From the IMG/VR virus record IMGVR_UViG_3300028591_000075, positions 64,001 through 128,000 of that record: a DNA stretch of 64,000 nucleotides; one strand, 5' to 3'. The notes under the pieces are model-generated. The model searched no databases. It was not told where the DNA came from and worked only from the letters and a program-made list of their open reading frames with translations. The DNA is from a virus. Lineage: Duplodnaviria; Caudoviricetes. Each line of letters opens with the position of its first letter. The stretch's first letter is position 1. Shown piece after piece: positions 48,969 through 58,963 of this stretch. The position numbers and the translations under genes are program-made.

Positions 48969-50198
48969 ATGCCAGAGTCAACCCTTAATGTAAGAACCAA
49001 TGGCCGAAGGCTTCCACTGCCCTTTTATTATGGACAGGTTGTCGGCACAATGGTTGATACCAATCATACCGGTGCTGTCCAGGCAATTATCAAGGGAGTT
49101 ACCGATGACTGGAAGGTAGAGGAACAGCCATGGGTGTACCCGCAGCTTGGTTTGGGTCTTGAAGCAGTCCCACAAGAAGGGTACTGGCTTCTCATCAAGT
49201 TTCTGAATGGCGACATCATGCAGGGACTTTACTATGGCGTATCTGCAACGCCGTCGTTCTTGCCGAAGGAATATACCGATAACTACCCGTTCCTTGCCGT
49301 GGCCAACCTCGGTGAGCATAACTTCCTCTATACCCACAACCGTGATACGCATGTGACCAAGATTGACAATCCGGGTAACGGTAGCAATATCACCTGGGGC
49401 CCGAATGGTGCAATCACCATCGAATCGGATAGTTACAGCAGCGAGGAAGGTGCGAAATCCCTGCCGGTTCTTACCGAGGGAACAATCGACATCTTTACCT
49501 GCATGCCGGTGGGTCATGGCGAAAGCGGCGTTACCCAGGGTAGTGAATACCTGGCCGTGTCCCATGTCTCGGCCATGACCATCGAGATGCTTCGCGGTGC
49601 CGGTCCCCAGGAGGAAAAACCGCCTAAGGTTGATGAAGGTGGCGATGGTTCTAACGTGGCCGAACTGTATGGTGCCGATGGCAATGTCGTTGAAACCGTG
49701 GCCATTGAATCCTGTGGTCCGGATGGCTTTGCTGTCCGTAATGGCAAGAAGGCCACCCATATCCTTATTTGCTGCACCGAAGGTGTGCCATTCTCCTCCA
49801 AACTCGCTGACTTCATGTCAAGCGACGCAAAGAGTGTCCCGCACTACCTCGTGGGTCTGGGCGGTGGTGCACCGGATGTCATCGGCGCGAACGACACCGA
49901 TCCTGCCGAATTGACCAACAACGGCTTTGTCCAGATGATTGATTTGGAGAACGACGCTACGGTCGGCAAGGACATGAAGTTGAGCAAGCTGCGCAACAAG
50001 AAGGCGAACGTGGATGCGATTGTCGTTATGTTCTACGGTGATGGCATCCTGAACCAGTATCAGAAAGATAAACTGGCATTGATTCGTACCAGTGCAGTGA
50101 AGACCTTCGGACTGGATGGCGAGCCGCCTATATTTGCATACCAGAGGTCGATGGTCGATCTGTCTTACATAAATTTGAAGGAATATGAGGATTCGTAA
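48969..50198 (+). CDS. Baseplate spike (gp5-like OB fold) fused to a degenerate amidase_2/PGRP-like domain
   Basis: YYGQVV..D....G.VQ..I.G..PW..P...VP.EG.W..I.FLNGD; C-terminal THILICCTEG, PHYLV, NVDAIVV. Confidence 0.7.
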   Translation: MPESTLNVRTNGRRLPLPFYYGQVVGTMVDTNHTGAVQAIIKGVTDDWKVEEQPWVYPQLGLGLEAVPQEGYWLLIKFLNGDIMQGLYYGVSATPSFLPKEYTDNYPFLAVANLGEHNFLYTHNRDTHVTKIDNPGNGSNITWGPNGAITIESDSYSSEEGAKSLPVLTEGTIDIFTCMPVGHGESGVTQGSEYLAVSHVSAMTIEMLRGAGPQEEKPPKVDEGGDGSNVAELYGADGNVVETVAIESCGPDGFAVRNGKKATHILICCTEGVPFSSKLADFMSSDAKSVPHYLVGLGGGAPDVIGANDTDPAELTNNGFVQMIDLENDATVGKDMKLSKLRNKKANVDAIVVMFYGDGILNQYQKDKLALIRTSAVKTFGLDGEPPIFAYQRSMVDLSYINLKEYEDS

Positions 50199-52060
50199 TG
50201 GCCGCAAAGACTTGCCAAGAAGTCCTTGATGGGGACAAGCAGAACCTTACCGGTGTCACCGGTAACGTGGTTCCGGCTAACCCGGAGCCAACGTCGGATT
50301 CCAAGCTGTCGCTCAATGACAAGGTCAATGAGTTCTTTGACATATTTAACGATACGTCGAAGGCTATCCAGAAGTCGGCAACTGACCTGTACATGTACGA
50401 CTGCTCCGACCATCTATATGACTGGATTACTGACCTGTGCCCATGGTTGAAGACGGGCCTCAAGGCGGTGGATTCTGCCAAGAAGTTCATGAATTCGTTG
50501 AGTAGTGGCGTGAAGTTGAAGGACTTCATGGCCACCAATACCGTGACGAAGGCAATCTGTAACGCGATTGCGACATTCTACGGGACCCTGATTGGCTGGC
50601 TGGAAATATGTACCAAGGCTGCGTTTGTGCTGTTTGAGAAGATTGATGCCGCTAGAAAGAAACTCGAAAAGGCGATGAAGCGCATTACCAATGCTACGCT
50701 GGCTTGTTTGCTTGACATTTACGATGCTATTGACAAGTATTTGCAGAACACTATTGAGCTTTCTCTTGCTGTTGACTGGAACGGCCTCATCAAGTTCATG
50801 ACGAAGTGCCCGTGCGTTTCTAGGTTCATCGCGTATATAACCGGTTGCGATAAGGATGATGACGGGAATAGCATTTCCGACAATCCTACCGAAATCGTGA
50901 ACTGTATCAAAGAAAAGTTCTCCTTCCTTGATGGAGCCACTCTTGCTACCGGCCTCTCGAAGCTGATGGACAAGTACATCAGGCAGTATCTCGTATTGTT
51001 CTTTGACTTTATCAAGTTCGGTATCGATTTCCTGTTCAGCATGATTATCGCCCCGTTCCGTTGGCTCATCAAGCAGTATGCCGACTTCCTGCGCAAGAAG
51101 TGGGATGTTACAGTAATGATAGAAGGTTGCAAGGAAGCACATCTTGACTGTCTGTTCGTGTACACCACCGAATATGAAGGCGACCGTGAGTATTACGGCA
51201 TGTCGATTATCGACATGATAACCACCCTGAAACGGATGATACCGTGTCTGGAATACGGGTGTCCCGGTTTGAGTGACAAGATCCGAAACAAGGTAAAGAA
51301 GCTGAACGAAGACCTTCGCCTCACCGATAAGTTCTGGGACCGTGCGTTCGAGGCGGACCTGTACATGTGCTGTATCGATGCCGATGCGGAACGTGCGTAC
51401 ACGTTCAAGCAGTTGCGCGAAATGTGGGATTCCTTGTGGGATAGATTGGTCTCCAAGACCCAGAAGGCTGCTGTCGTCGTGGAAGAGAACCGAAAGTCCG
51501 TCACCCTCGGCTCGTTCGGTGTCGCTATCGACGAGGCAAGGCGCGAGGCCGGCGTGAAGCCCAAGGACCCGTATGCCAGCTTCGACGACCCGTACAAGCA
51601 GGCCGCTACCTTCGCGACCGGTCTGGACCTGGAAAACAACATCATCAACGGTGATGAGTATGTGTCCAGCAACGATGAGGATATCCTGATAAAGGTTGCC
51701 GGTTCCATCGTGCAAGGCATGAAGAACGGTGATGACTACTACAATGAGAAGTGGTACCAGTACCTGAGGTTCAAGGCTGTCAAGGAGTTCAGCGACGGTG
51801 GCATGGACAAGCTGCAGAATTACTCCGATGAACTGACCGAGTCCTACAAGAGGGCCCCGGTGCGTAGCGCGTACATGCCTGGCCCACGCCGTCGTCTTCC
51901 GCTTGAAATCGATACGGATGAGCGTCCTCCTAACTATAAGCCGGATAACGACTATAACCAGCAAAGGGTCGAGGTTCTGCTGGCCACTACCTGGGAACCT
52001 TCCGGAAAGTCCGAGTCGCTGTCCGATTACTATGCGAGAATGTATGCAAAGGCGGTGTAG
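50198..52060 (+). CDS. Cys-rich hypothetical protein (620 aa) in the baseplate operon
   Basis: Long coupled ORF. Confidence 0.8.
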   Translation: MAAKTCQEVLDGDKQNLTGVTGNVVPANPEPTSDSKLSLNDKVNEFFDIFNDTSKAIQKSATDLYMYDCSDHLYDWITDLCPWLKTGLKAVDSAKKFMNSLSSGVKLKDFMATNTVTKAICNAIATFYGTLIGWLEICTKAAFVLFEKIDAARKKLEKAMKRITNATLACLLDIYDAIDKYLQNTIELSLAVDWNGLIKFMTKCPCVSRFIAYITGCDKDDDGNSISDNPTEIVNCIKEKFSFLDGATLATGLSKLMDKYIRQYLVLFFDFIKFGIDFLFSMIIAPFRWLIKQYADFLRKKWDVTVMIEGCKEAHLDCLFVYTTEYEGDREYYGMSIIDMITTLKRMIPCLEYGCPGLSDKIRNKVKKLNEDLRLTDKFWDRAFEADLYMCCIDADAERAYTFKQLREMWDSLWDRLVSKTQKAAVVVEENRKSVTLGSFGVAIDEARREAGVKPKDPYASFDDPYKQAATFATGLDLENNIINGDEYVSSNDEDILIKVAGSIVQGMKNGDDYYNEKWYQYLRFKAVKEFSDGGMDKLQNYSDELTESYKRAPVRSAYMPGPRRRLPLEIDTDERPPNYKPDNDYNQQRVEVLLATTWEPSGKSESLSDYYARMYAKAV

Positions 52061-52062
52061 CC

Positions 52063-52686
52063 ATGGCCAAGAAGTCATACTACACCGGGTGCCACAATGA
52101 TTTCTACTACGTGGACAACCTTGACAAGTACATGTTCCAGGACGCCCGCGAATGGGTGGAATGCCCCAAATGCAAAGGAGCCGGCAATATCCATGGTGCC
52201 ACCTGCCCCTTCTGCAAGGGTGCCGGGCAGATTGAACAAATTGCCGTAAATTATAAGTCCGACTGGGAACGGAAAGTGTTCATTTTCTGCGACCATAACC
52301 CGTTTGTCACCAAATGGGGATATGAGCCATTCGCCATATCCTACTTCTCCCCGGTCCAGATGAAACAGTCGATATACAAGCCCGATGTCTATGTCGAGTG
52401 CCAGTATTCCGACGGTACCAGGGAAAAGTGGCTTATCGAGGTGAAACCGGTGGCATATTCGGTCATGCCGCAGGCCCCGAAGCCGGTGGTCGAGGGCGCC
52501 ACCGCCAAGCAGATCGCCAATTACCAGAAGCGAAACCTGGCCTACCAGCGCAAGAGCATGGACGTGGCCACCAATTACGCCAAGTGGGAAGCTGCCGAAA
52601 AATGGTGCCAGCAGCACGGGGTGAACTGGCTCATCCTGAATGAGAGCAATACAATGGGTCTATTCAGCCCCGGTAAGCCCGTTTGA
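52063..52686 (+). CDS. gp4: Head completion nuclease (gp4/TnsA-like) with DnaJ-type zinc-finger insert
   Basis: YKSDWERK..FCD.NP.V.KWGYE..I.Y.SP..Y.PD..IEVKP..N.AKWEAA; CPKCKGAG..CPFCKGAG. Confidence 0.85.
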   Translation: MAKKSYYTGCHNDFYYVDNLDKYMFQDAREWVECPKCKGAGNIHGATCPFCKGAGQIEQIAVNYKSDWERKVFIFCDHNPFVTKWGYEPFAISYFSPVQMKQSIYKPDVYVECQYSDGTREKWLIEVKPVAYSVMPQAPKPVVEGATAKQIANYQKRNLAYQRKSMDVATNYAKWEAAEKWCQQHGVNWLILNESNTMGLFSPGKPV

Positions 52687-52719
52687 AATAGTTTTCTCCC
52701 TGTAAAGAGAGGAAATATC

Positions 52720-53202
52720 ATGTGCAATGAACGTGAAGATGCGGTATGGTTCATCCATGCCAACCAGGTGTCCGGTTCCCAGAATGATGCCGGAGAAACA
52801 GTTGCCGTAATGCCTGATATGGGCACGGTGACCCTGTCGGTGGACAACATGTACACCAAGAATGACCATGCGACAAGCGGTGTGAACCGCAAGTTCGATG
52901 CTACCCTGGTGGATACCATTGACGAAGTGTACCGTAGCCACTGGGACCTTCCCGAATATCTCCCGTTCCGTGAATGCGTCAAGATGGGCATCCAGGACGG
53001 TATCGAGGCCGGCATGAAGCGTGCGTGCGCCAAGTACGACAAGCTGGTTGCCGATAAGAACAAGCAAATTCTTGAACTGGAGGCGGAAGCCAAGCGCTGG
53101 AAGGATGCCTTCAGGGGTCTCCTGAACAAGTGCCAGCAGGGTGTCGAGGCTCTGGATTTCATTTCCAGGGTTATTCACGGTAGCTGCGGGAAGAAGTTCT
53201 AA
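52720..53202 (+). CDS. Hypothetical protein
   Basis: GAGG SD; TAGTTT at 52689. Confidence 0.8.
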   Translation: MCNEREDAVWFIHANQVSGSQNDAGETVAVMPDMGTVTLSVDNMYTKNDHATSGVNRKFDATLVDTIDEVYRSHWDLPEYLPFRECVKMGIQDGIEAGMKRACAKYDKLVADKNKQILELEAEAKRWKDAFRGLLNKCQQGVEALDFISRVIHGSCGKKF

Positions 53203-53630
53203 TGGCGCAGTGCTGTCCAGAAACTCCCGAAATCGACGGGATATACAAGCCCCTTAGTCGGCGCCTCGTTGACTTTGGTAACGAGGTGTACGCTGATTGC
53301 AATGCCAACCAGCGCGTCATCATGTGGGTATTCAGCTTCTATGACGGAATGGCGAACTGCAAGGTCTGTAAACACTCCCTCGACGAGATGTATGGCTGGT
53401 TCCACAAGTACGGGTTGCTGAATGACCCGGTGCGCGGTGTTCGCATGGTGGTCGAGGATGAACCCCATACCAACATGATTTACAACGATTTCGGATTTAC
53501 GAAATTACCGATGCACATATTCACCGATGGTGATGGGAAGATTATCGACATGCTGTTTGACTTCCCGGAAGCGGAATGGCTCGACAAGTACATTCTGCCT
53601 TACTTGCAGGAGGATGCAAAGATACTATGA
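53202..53630 (+). CDS. Thioredoxin-fold protein
   Basis: FSFY....CKVC and LPMHIFTDGDGKI. Confidence 0.7.
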   Translation: MAQCCPETPEIDGIYKPLSRRLVDFGNEVYADCNANQRVIMWVFSFYDGMANCKVCKHSLDEMYGWFHKYGLLNDPVRGVRMVVEDEPHTNMIYNDFGFTKLPMHIFTDGDGKIIDMLFDFPEAEWLDKYILPYLQEDAKIL

Positions 53631-54667
53631 GGCAACAGGTTACGATTATAGGCTATTCGTTGGATGCCATTCTTGAGGCTGTCCGTAGGTCAACTATGAC
53701 CGATACCGAGGTCACGCTCCTGGCGACTTCAGCATTGGGCGACCCGCTTGACACCTATGGCGACTGCATCAGCAGCCGTTATGCGGATGTCATCTCCGAA
53801 TTGCTCGGGGGCAGTATTTCTTTTGAGGAATATACCAACCCAAGGTACATGTATCTTCCTTTTGACAGCGTGAAGATTGCCAACCGGCACAATGGGGTCA
53901 TCCAGTTCCCCCTGTCCAAGAAGTCATTTGACGATGCAAATGAATGGGCCGAATGCGTAGAAGGAATGAAGGATCCAGAAATCAACAAGTGCATGGCCGA
54001 CCTGTCCCTTCCGCCTACCAAGATTGTGACCGCAATGAAGGCCGCTATGCCCAGCAAGTTCCTTGATACATTTGTCAAGTCCATGGGCATTACCAGGTGG
54101 CGCGGTGTACAGGTGTCAAAAATGTCGATGCAGGGTTACAAGTATGAATTCCCCCTGGAATTTATTGGCAAGGAAGACTATAACGAGTATTTCTGTAAGC
54201 CAAATATTACCTACCGGGAACTCTGCGCCCGTATTCTGAAACGGTTCAACATCGGATGCAGTCGCATTACCTTGCAGGAAGCTGGTGAAATCATCAAGAA
54301 CAACCAGTATCCCGGCCATACGGTTATCATGGACAACCGTGTTGATCAGTTTGTCGATTATGTGGGCGGTCGCTTTGAACGTCAACGTTTCTCTGTCGTC
54401 AGGATGAAGGTTCCTCCTGAACTGGAATTCGCTGGTGATGGGCTGTTCTACACACCGTTGTCCACATGCTGGGCCGTTTCTATTTTCAACGGTAAGGCGA
54501 AGCGGTTCATGTCCGAAGTGGTGGAAACTCTATATGATGAAGGTCTTACCGAAATTCCATCAACAAAGACAAACATCAAGATGTATGATACCTATGTGAA
54601 CCTGATTCGGCAGTTCGGCAACAAGGAACTCATGCTCGGTCAGCGGGTGGAGACCCTAATCAAATGA
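53627..54667 (+). CDS. UDP-galactopyranose mutase (Glf)-like protein, degenerate
   Basis: Collinear with Glf motifs (VIQFPLS, FVKSMGITRW, YFCKP..TY..L..RIL, RVDQFVDY..GRFE, LGQ); GxGxxG replaced by IIGYSLDA. Confidence 0.6.
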   Translation: MRQQVTIIGYSLDAILEAVRRSTMTDTEVTLLATSALGDPLDTYGDCISSRYADVISELLGGSISFEEYTNPRYMYLPFDSVKIANRHNGVIQFPLSKKSFDDANEWAECVEGMKDPEINKCMADLSLPPTKIVTAMKAAMPSKFLDTFVKSMGITRWRGVQVSKMSMQGYKYEFPLEFIGKEDYNEYFCKPNITYRELCARILKRFNIGCSRITLQEAGEIIKNNQYPGHTVIMDNRVDQFVDYVGGRFERQRFSVVRMKVPPELEFAGDGLFYTPLSTCWAVSIFNGKAKRFMSEVVETLYDEGLTEIPSTKTNIKMYDTYVNLIRQFGNKELMLGQRVETLIK

Positions 54668-55383
54668 TGACTGGCATATTTGCATTTGATGGCACTATTG
54701 ATCCGGCGAAATACGGTGACTGCAAGGTTTACCTTGCCAATCCTATTATGCCGGTTGGTGTCGCTTACCAACTGAATGCCGGCATCCTGAATCTGATGAA
54801 GGACGGATGCGACAACATCGTGTTCATGGGAAACCATTGCACGCCGCAGGATGATACAGTCAAGAGCCATGTTGAGCAACTGGAAAATCATCTTTATCCG
54901 TTGGTTACCTGTGGCCGTGTGCTTCATTCGGATGATAACTGGAAGGATTACCGCGAGAACGGTGAGGCTAAACGCCTTGGTCTGTTCAATCGCTCCGGTA
55001 CAATTATTCAGAATTCATCCATACTTACTTCCGGCTACGGGATATCTATTGCCAACTTTGGATTAAACCGTGCGGCAATAGACCGCATTAGCCGGTTCTC
55101 GAAACTGTACTTTGATAGTGAAGGCCCCTTGCCGGTTCTACCGGAATCGCGTCCGTTTGGTTATGGCAAGGTTCTGTCCCTTTGTGCCTGGTGCGCAAGG
55201 GTGACTATATTCATGCTTCCGACCGGTCGTAGCAACGCGGTTGTGTACAACACGGAAGGGTGCAATCCGTATGCGAGCAATTCGTGCGACGGTGACGATT
55301 CCGGTGACGCGCTGAAACACATACATGAAGAAATGACCAAGCAACCGATCGGCCTGGATTTCTTCGATTCCCCACGTGATTAA
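54664..55383 (+). CDS. GT2-like fold protein, degenerate
   Basis: AYQLNAGI...DNIVFMGNHCTP..V.SH and ANFGLNR; DxD replaced by GNH. Confidence 0.5.
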   Translation: MMTGIFAFDGTIDPAKYGDCKVYLANPIMPVGVAYQLNAGILNLMKDGCDNIVFMGNHCTPQDDTVKSHVEQLENHLYPLVTCGRVLHSDDNWKDYRENGEAKRLGLFNRSGTIIQNSSILTSGYGISIANFGLNRAAIDRISRFSKLYFDSEGPLPVLPESRPFGYGKVLSLCAWCARVTIFMLPTGRSNAVVYNTEGCNPYASNSCDGDDSGDALKHIHEEMTKQPIGLDFFDSPRD

Positions 55384-55389
55384 CAGATC

Positions 55390-56466
55390 CTACTTCTTGT
55401 AGGCATCGTGCATATCGTAGTTGTACTTGTCCGCCGAATTGAATGCGGTCGGATGGGTCTTCATGTATGTCTTGTAATCGTTCGGGTTATAGGTCTCGAA
55501 CAGGTATGCGCTCTTGGTGCCCTGCCATGTGGTATAGCCGGCTTCATAGAACGCCTTGTTGTATTCGCCGTAAGGAGAACTTTCAGTGGCCTGTTTAATC
55601 ATGGCGTTGCCCACATCGACGCCCTTCGTGGTATTGTCGCGGAGGTAGCGGAACTTCTTCTTGAATGAACCCTGGAAGGAGTTCGGGTATTCCATGGAAA
55701 CTTGGAATGTATATTGGTTTGTGTCGTCGTAGGCCAGTTTTGCTTGTGGCGCATTTTTCAGAACACATGAGTTGAATTCAAACATCTGTCCAACATCCAC
55801 GTCGGTTATACATGGATCCGCATCGGTGCGGCTGTTCGTGAAGGTTCGCTTGTCATGCGAACGACCCATCGTAATTGCCTCGTAGTACATGTTGACATAC
55901 AGGTTGAATTTCTGCAGGGTGCTACGTGGTTTCAGGACAAGTGGGCTGAACTGCACGTTGTACAGGGCGTTGAAGAACTGGAACCACATCATGTAGCTGT
56001 CATCGAGGACGGTCAGGTTCAATGCGGTCGGACGTTCGTTTGCGGTAATCACCGGATATTCCATCGACTTGATGGAGTCCATCATGAACCACTGCGTCTT
56101 GGCCTTGGCACCCGGTATGTCGATGCTCTTGGCGTTCCAGCGCATGCAGAGCGTCTTTTCCTTGTCATCCCACGAGTGGGCGAACCAGTCATCGAACTGG
56201 TTCTTCTTGTAGTAGTCCAGCGTATTCGGGAACACCTTCACGTCGGTCATTTGGTACTTGTCGGCGAAGGAGTTGCGGTCCATGACGCGCAGTGCTTCCT
56301 CGACATACGGCCCGTAGAGATACACCTCGTACCGGTTGGGCAGATGGCCACGCGCAGTCTGGTAGAAATCCACCAGCTTACGGCCAATAACCCCGCGTTC
56401 TTTCACGCCGGTATTGGCCACGTCCTGGCCAGTTTGGTAAGTTTTGCCCGGTACTGGTGTTGCCAT
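55390..56466 (-). CDS. Tail-tube-fold baseplate protein (gp54/gp19-like)
   Basis: PNRYEV, AKSIDIPG, LNLTVLDD..FF..L, FQVSMEY. Confidence 0.55.
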   Translation of the reverse strand: MATPVPGKTYQTGQDVANTGVKERGVIGRKLVDFYQTARGHLPNRYEVYLYGPYVEEALRVMDRNSFADKYQMTDVKVFPNTLDYYKKNQFDDWFAHSWDDKEKTLCMRWNAKSIDIPGAKAKTQWFMMDSIKSMEYPVITANERPTALNLTVLDDSYMMWFQFFNALYNVQFSPLVLKPRSTLQKFNLYVNMYYEAITMGRSHDKRTFTNSRTDADPCITDVDVGQMFEFNSCVLKNAPQAKLAYDDTNQYTFQVSMEYPNSFQGSFKKKFRYLRDNTTKGVDVGNAMIKQATESSPYGEYNKAFYEAGYTTWQGTKSAYLFETYNPNDYKTYMKTHPTAFNSADKYNYDMHDAYKK

Positions 56467-56468
56467 GT

Positions 56469-57164
56469 TTAACCTGTCTGTCCGTCGGTGTAGCTGTTGT
56501 TACTGGTCGATACGCAAATCGCGCTCATGAGGTTGTTCGGGTCAGGGAGACGGATAATGCGCTTAATCTCGTACTTGACCGTGATAGAGAACGGGAGGGG
56601 GTCAACTCCCCGCAACTGGGGCTGCAGGTCGCCCAGGTCGGTAAGCCGGCACCTCTCGAACCTCACTATCATGTGTTCCTGGGCGCAGTCGTCCGCGGCG
56701 TGCATCTCGATGTACGGGATGAATGTCAGGCGGTTCCTGTATGTCCGGTCCAACCCGTAGATGCGGTGTTCCGGATCCTGCTCAGGAAATCCCCCGGTGC
56801 GTCCACTCATTACGGTATCCATGTACCTATGGAATGCCCACCAGTTCTCGTACCAGTTGTCGCAGAGCATCGTGACCTGGAAGGTCTTTTCATATTCGTT
56901 GTCTTCCTGGATAGGAATGTTGGTAACGAACTTGTAATGACCTTCGGGTGCATACTTGATGCTCAGGCCCGGACAGTTGTATTTCTGTATCAGGGCGTTG
57001 GTGATTTCCGGCGGGGGTGCGGTATGGGGTACCGTGGTGAACTCGGCATCATGGGCCTCGTCTTCCCAGGACACAGGTATCGGGCCTATGCGTAGACGCC
57101 AGAACCCCCCGTGCACGGGCGCGGGGCTCCTGGAAAGTCTCCTGTCAAAGACGTGCCTTGCCAT
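56469..57164 (-). CDS. Tail-tube-fold protein (gp54/gp19-like)
   Basis: YNCPGLSI, FQVTMLCD.WYENW, L.L....P..FSITVKY. Confidence 0.55.
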   Translation of the reverse strand: MARHVFDRRLSRSPAPVHGGFWRLRIGPIPVSWEDEAHDAEFTTVPHTAPPPEITNALIQKYNCPGLSIKYAPEGHYKFVTNIPIQEDNEYEKTFQVTMLCDNWYENWWAFHRYMDTVMSGRTGGFPEQDPEHRIYGLDRTYRNRLTFIPYIEMHAADDCAQEHMIVRFERCRLTDLGDLQPQLRGVDPLPFSITVKYEIKRIIRLPDPNNLMSAICVSTSNNSYTDGQTG

Positions 57165-57170
57165 AGCGGA

Positions 57171-57908
57171 TTATTTGCCCATGTCCTTGGACGGGACACG
57201 CTGCTTGCCGAGAGCTTCCTTGGGCTTCACGGCACCGGTGTTGTCCTTGCCCGGCTTGTCAGCCTTGCTGGACACGGTGACATTGTTCGGGGTGGCCTTC
57301 AACTTGGCATCGAAGGAGTTGAGCGTAGTCACGGTTCCGCTGACATCGACCATCTTCGGCTTTTCCTTGAAGATGTCCGGGATGTTCTGCTTGCCCATGG
57401 CGGCCTTCGGCTTCACGGCGCCGGTGTTGTCCTTCTTCGGGCTTGCCGCATTGGACTTCTCGACGACCTTGCCGATACCGAGTTCTTCCACGGTATGGGT
57501 CACCTTGCCGGACATTTCCTTGACCGTAGTCTTCTTCAGGGCCTTGATGGAGCCGACGAGCTTGTCGGTGGAAGGCTTCTGGGCGAAGCTGTCGAGCACA
57601 ACGCTGCCGAAGTTATCAACTTCGGTGACAGGCTTGGCAGTCTTGGCCTTGGCCTTGTCGCTACCGAGGAACTTTTCCCAAGCAGCATCGATGCTGGTTT
57701 CGGAAGCAACGAAGTCAACCTTCGGCTTTACCACGCCGCTCTTGTTGCTGACCTGGATGGCATGGGGGCCACCCTGCGGTTTCCAGAACGGGAACATGGT
57801 TTCCTCGTCGAAACCACCTTCTTTCTTGGCCTTCTTGGAGGCTTCCAGGATTACCTCGCCGAGTTCGCTTTCGGTGGGCAAGTCAAACATATCGATTGAA
57901 GAATTCAT
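57171..57908 (-). CDS. Lys-rich hypothetical protein with an internal duplication (KDNTGAVKPK x2)
   Basis: TATAAATC at 57944-57937; VILEAS motif. Confidence 0.8.
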   Translation of the reverse strand: MNSSIDMFDLPTESELGEVILEASKKAKKEGGFDEETMFPFWKPQGGPHAIQVSNKSGVVKPKVDFVASETSIDAAWEKFLGSDKAKAKTAKPVTEVDNFGSVVLDSFAQKPSTDKLVGSIKALKKTTVKEMSGKVTHTVEELGIGKVVEKSNAASPKKDNTGAVKPKAAMGKQNIPDIFKEKPKMVDVSGTVTTLNSFDAKLKATPNNVTVSSKADKPGKDNTGAVKPKEALGKQRVPSKDMGK

Positions 57909-58039
57909 ATTTATTTTCCTGCAGGATTTTCCGATAGATTTATATACTTTACTGGCTCGAATGAACGAGTTTTGGGGCAGAACCCAGCCACTATTTGCTA
58001 TAAACTGCTGCTGTAAAGAATAAAACGAGGTTTAACCTT

Positions 58040-58954
58040 ATGGAATGGATTGTTGAGGACAGCCTTACCAACTTCAACTTTTGGAGCGGAGCAGCCGATA
58101 ACGCCAAGCTGCTGGAATACAGCGAACTGAAAGAACTCGACGAGGCGTTACCGAGTTATTTCGAAGGGCGTACTCCTACCGCGACCGAAATCAACGATTT
58201 GTTCTGGTTCGAGTTTGGGACAGTGTGCTCCCTCATCGGCCTCAAATACGACAAGACCCGTGACGCGGTTATCCGCGGCGACGATGATGAAGGTGATGCC
58301 GAAATGGAATCGGTCGGTACGGACATGAATGCAGTGTTTGAATGTATCCGTAAGGACAATCCGGCCCTCGCCGACGCAATCGAAGCCGGTTACAAGGCGT
58401 GCATGGAAGGTGCCATCGGTGACCCGCATGACCGTTTTGCTGACCACACCTATTCTCCCGATGTAGTGCTGGATGACCAGCCGAACTTCACTGTCATCAT
58501 CTCCACCGATTCCATGGATCCTCATCCGGCCCGTGTGCTGGTACAGGCCCGTGATGAAGCCTCCGCTATTGACGAGGCGGTGGAGTCCCTTGTCGCGCAT
58601 GGCATGTCCGGTTATATCGAGGAGGATGAGCCTGAACACCCGGAAAATTACATCGAAGTGTCCAAGGGTTGGATTCCGTCCCATCTTATCCAGGTAAACC
58701 CACGGACCGGTTCCGATATCCGTACCGCCTATGTTCCCGAGCAGTTCTTGTCCGCCCTCGTAAATGACGACCGAAGCGGGATGAGTTCCGAGGATGAAGC
58801 CGAATTTGAGGCATTCTGTCAAGACCTTGCCGAGGAAGGAATTCCCGAATCCGGCTTGTACCCAGTTTGTGGCCCTGATGGCGAATTCTGGGACGTTGAC
58901 GACGATCCGTACAGCGGAAAGTCTGTTCTCTGCTCGGTGTTTGTCGGTCGCTAA
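58040..58954 (+). CDS. Acidic multi-module hypothetical protein with internal E-G module
   Basis: TATAAACT at 57999, GAGG SD; NPALADAIEAGYKACMEG. Confidence 0.85.
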   Translation: MEWIVEDSLTNFNFWSGAADNAKLLEYSELKELDEALPSYFEGRTPTATEINDLFWFEFGTVCSLIGLKYDKTRDAVIRGDDDEGDAEMESVGTDMNAVFECIRKDNPALADAIEAGYKACMEGAIGDPHDRFADHTYSPDVVLDDQPNFTVIISTDSMDPHPARVLVQARDEASAIDEAVESLVAHGMSGYIEEDEPEHPENYIEVSKGWIPSHLIQVNPRTGSDIRTAYVPEQFLSALVNDDRSGMSSEDEAEFEAFCQDLAEEGIPESGLYPVCGPDGEFWDVDDDPYSGKSVLCSVFVGR

Positions 58955-58963
58955 GGAGTAACC

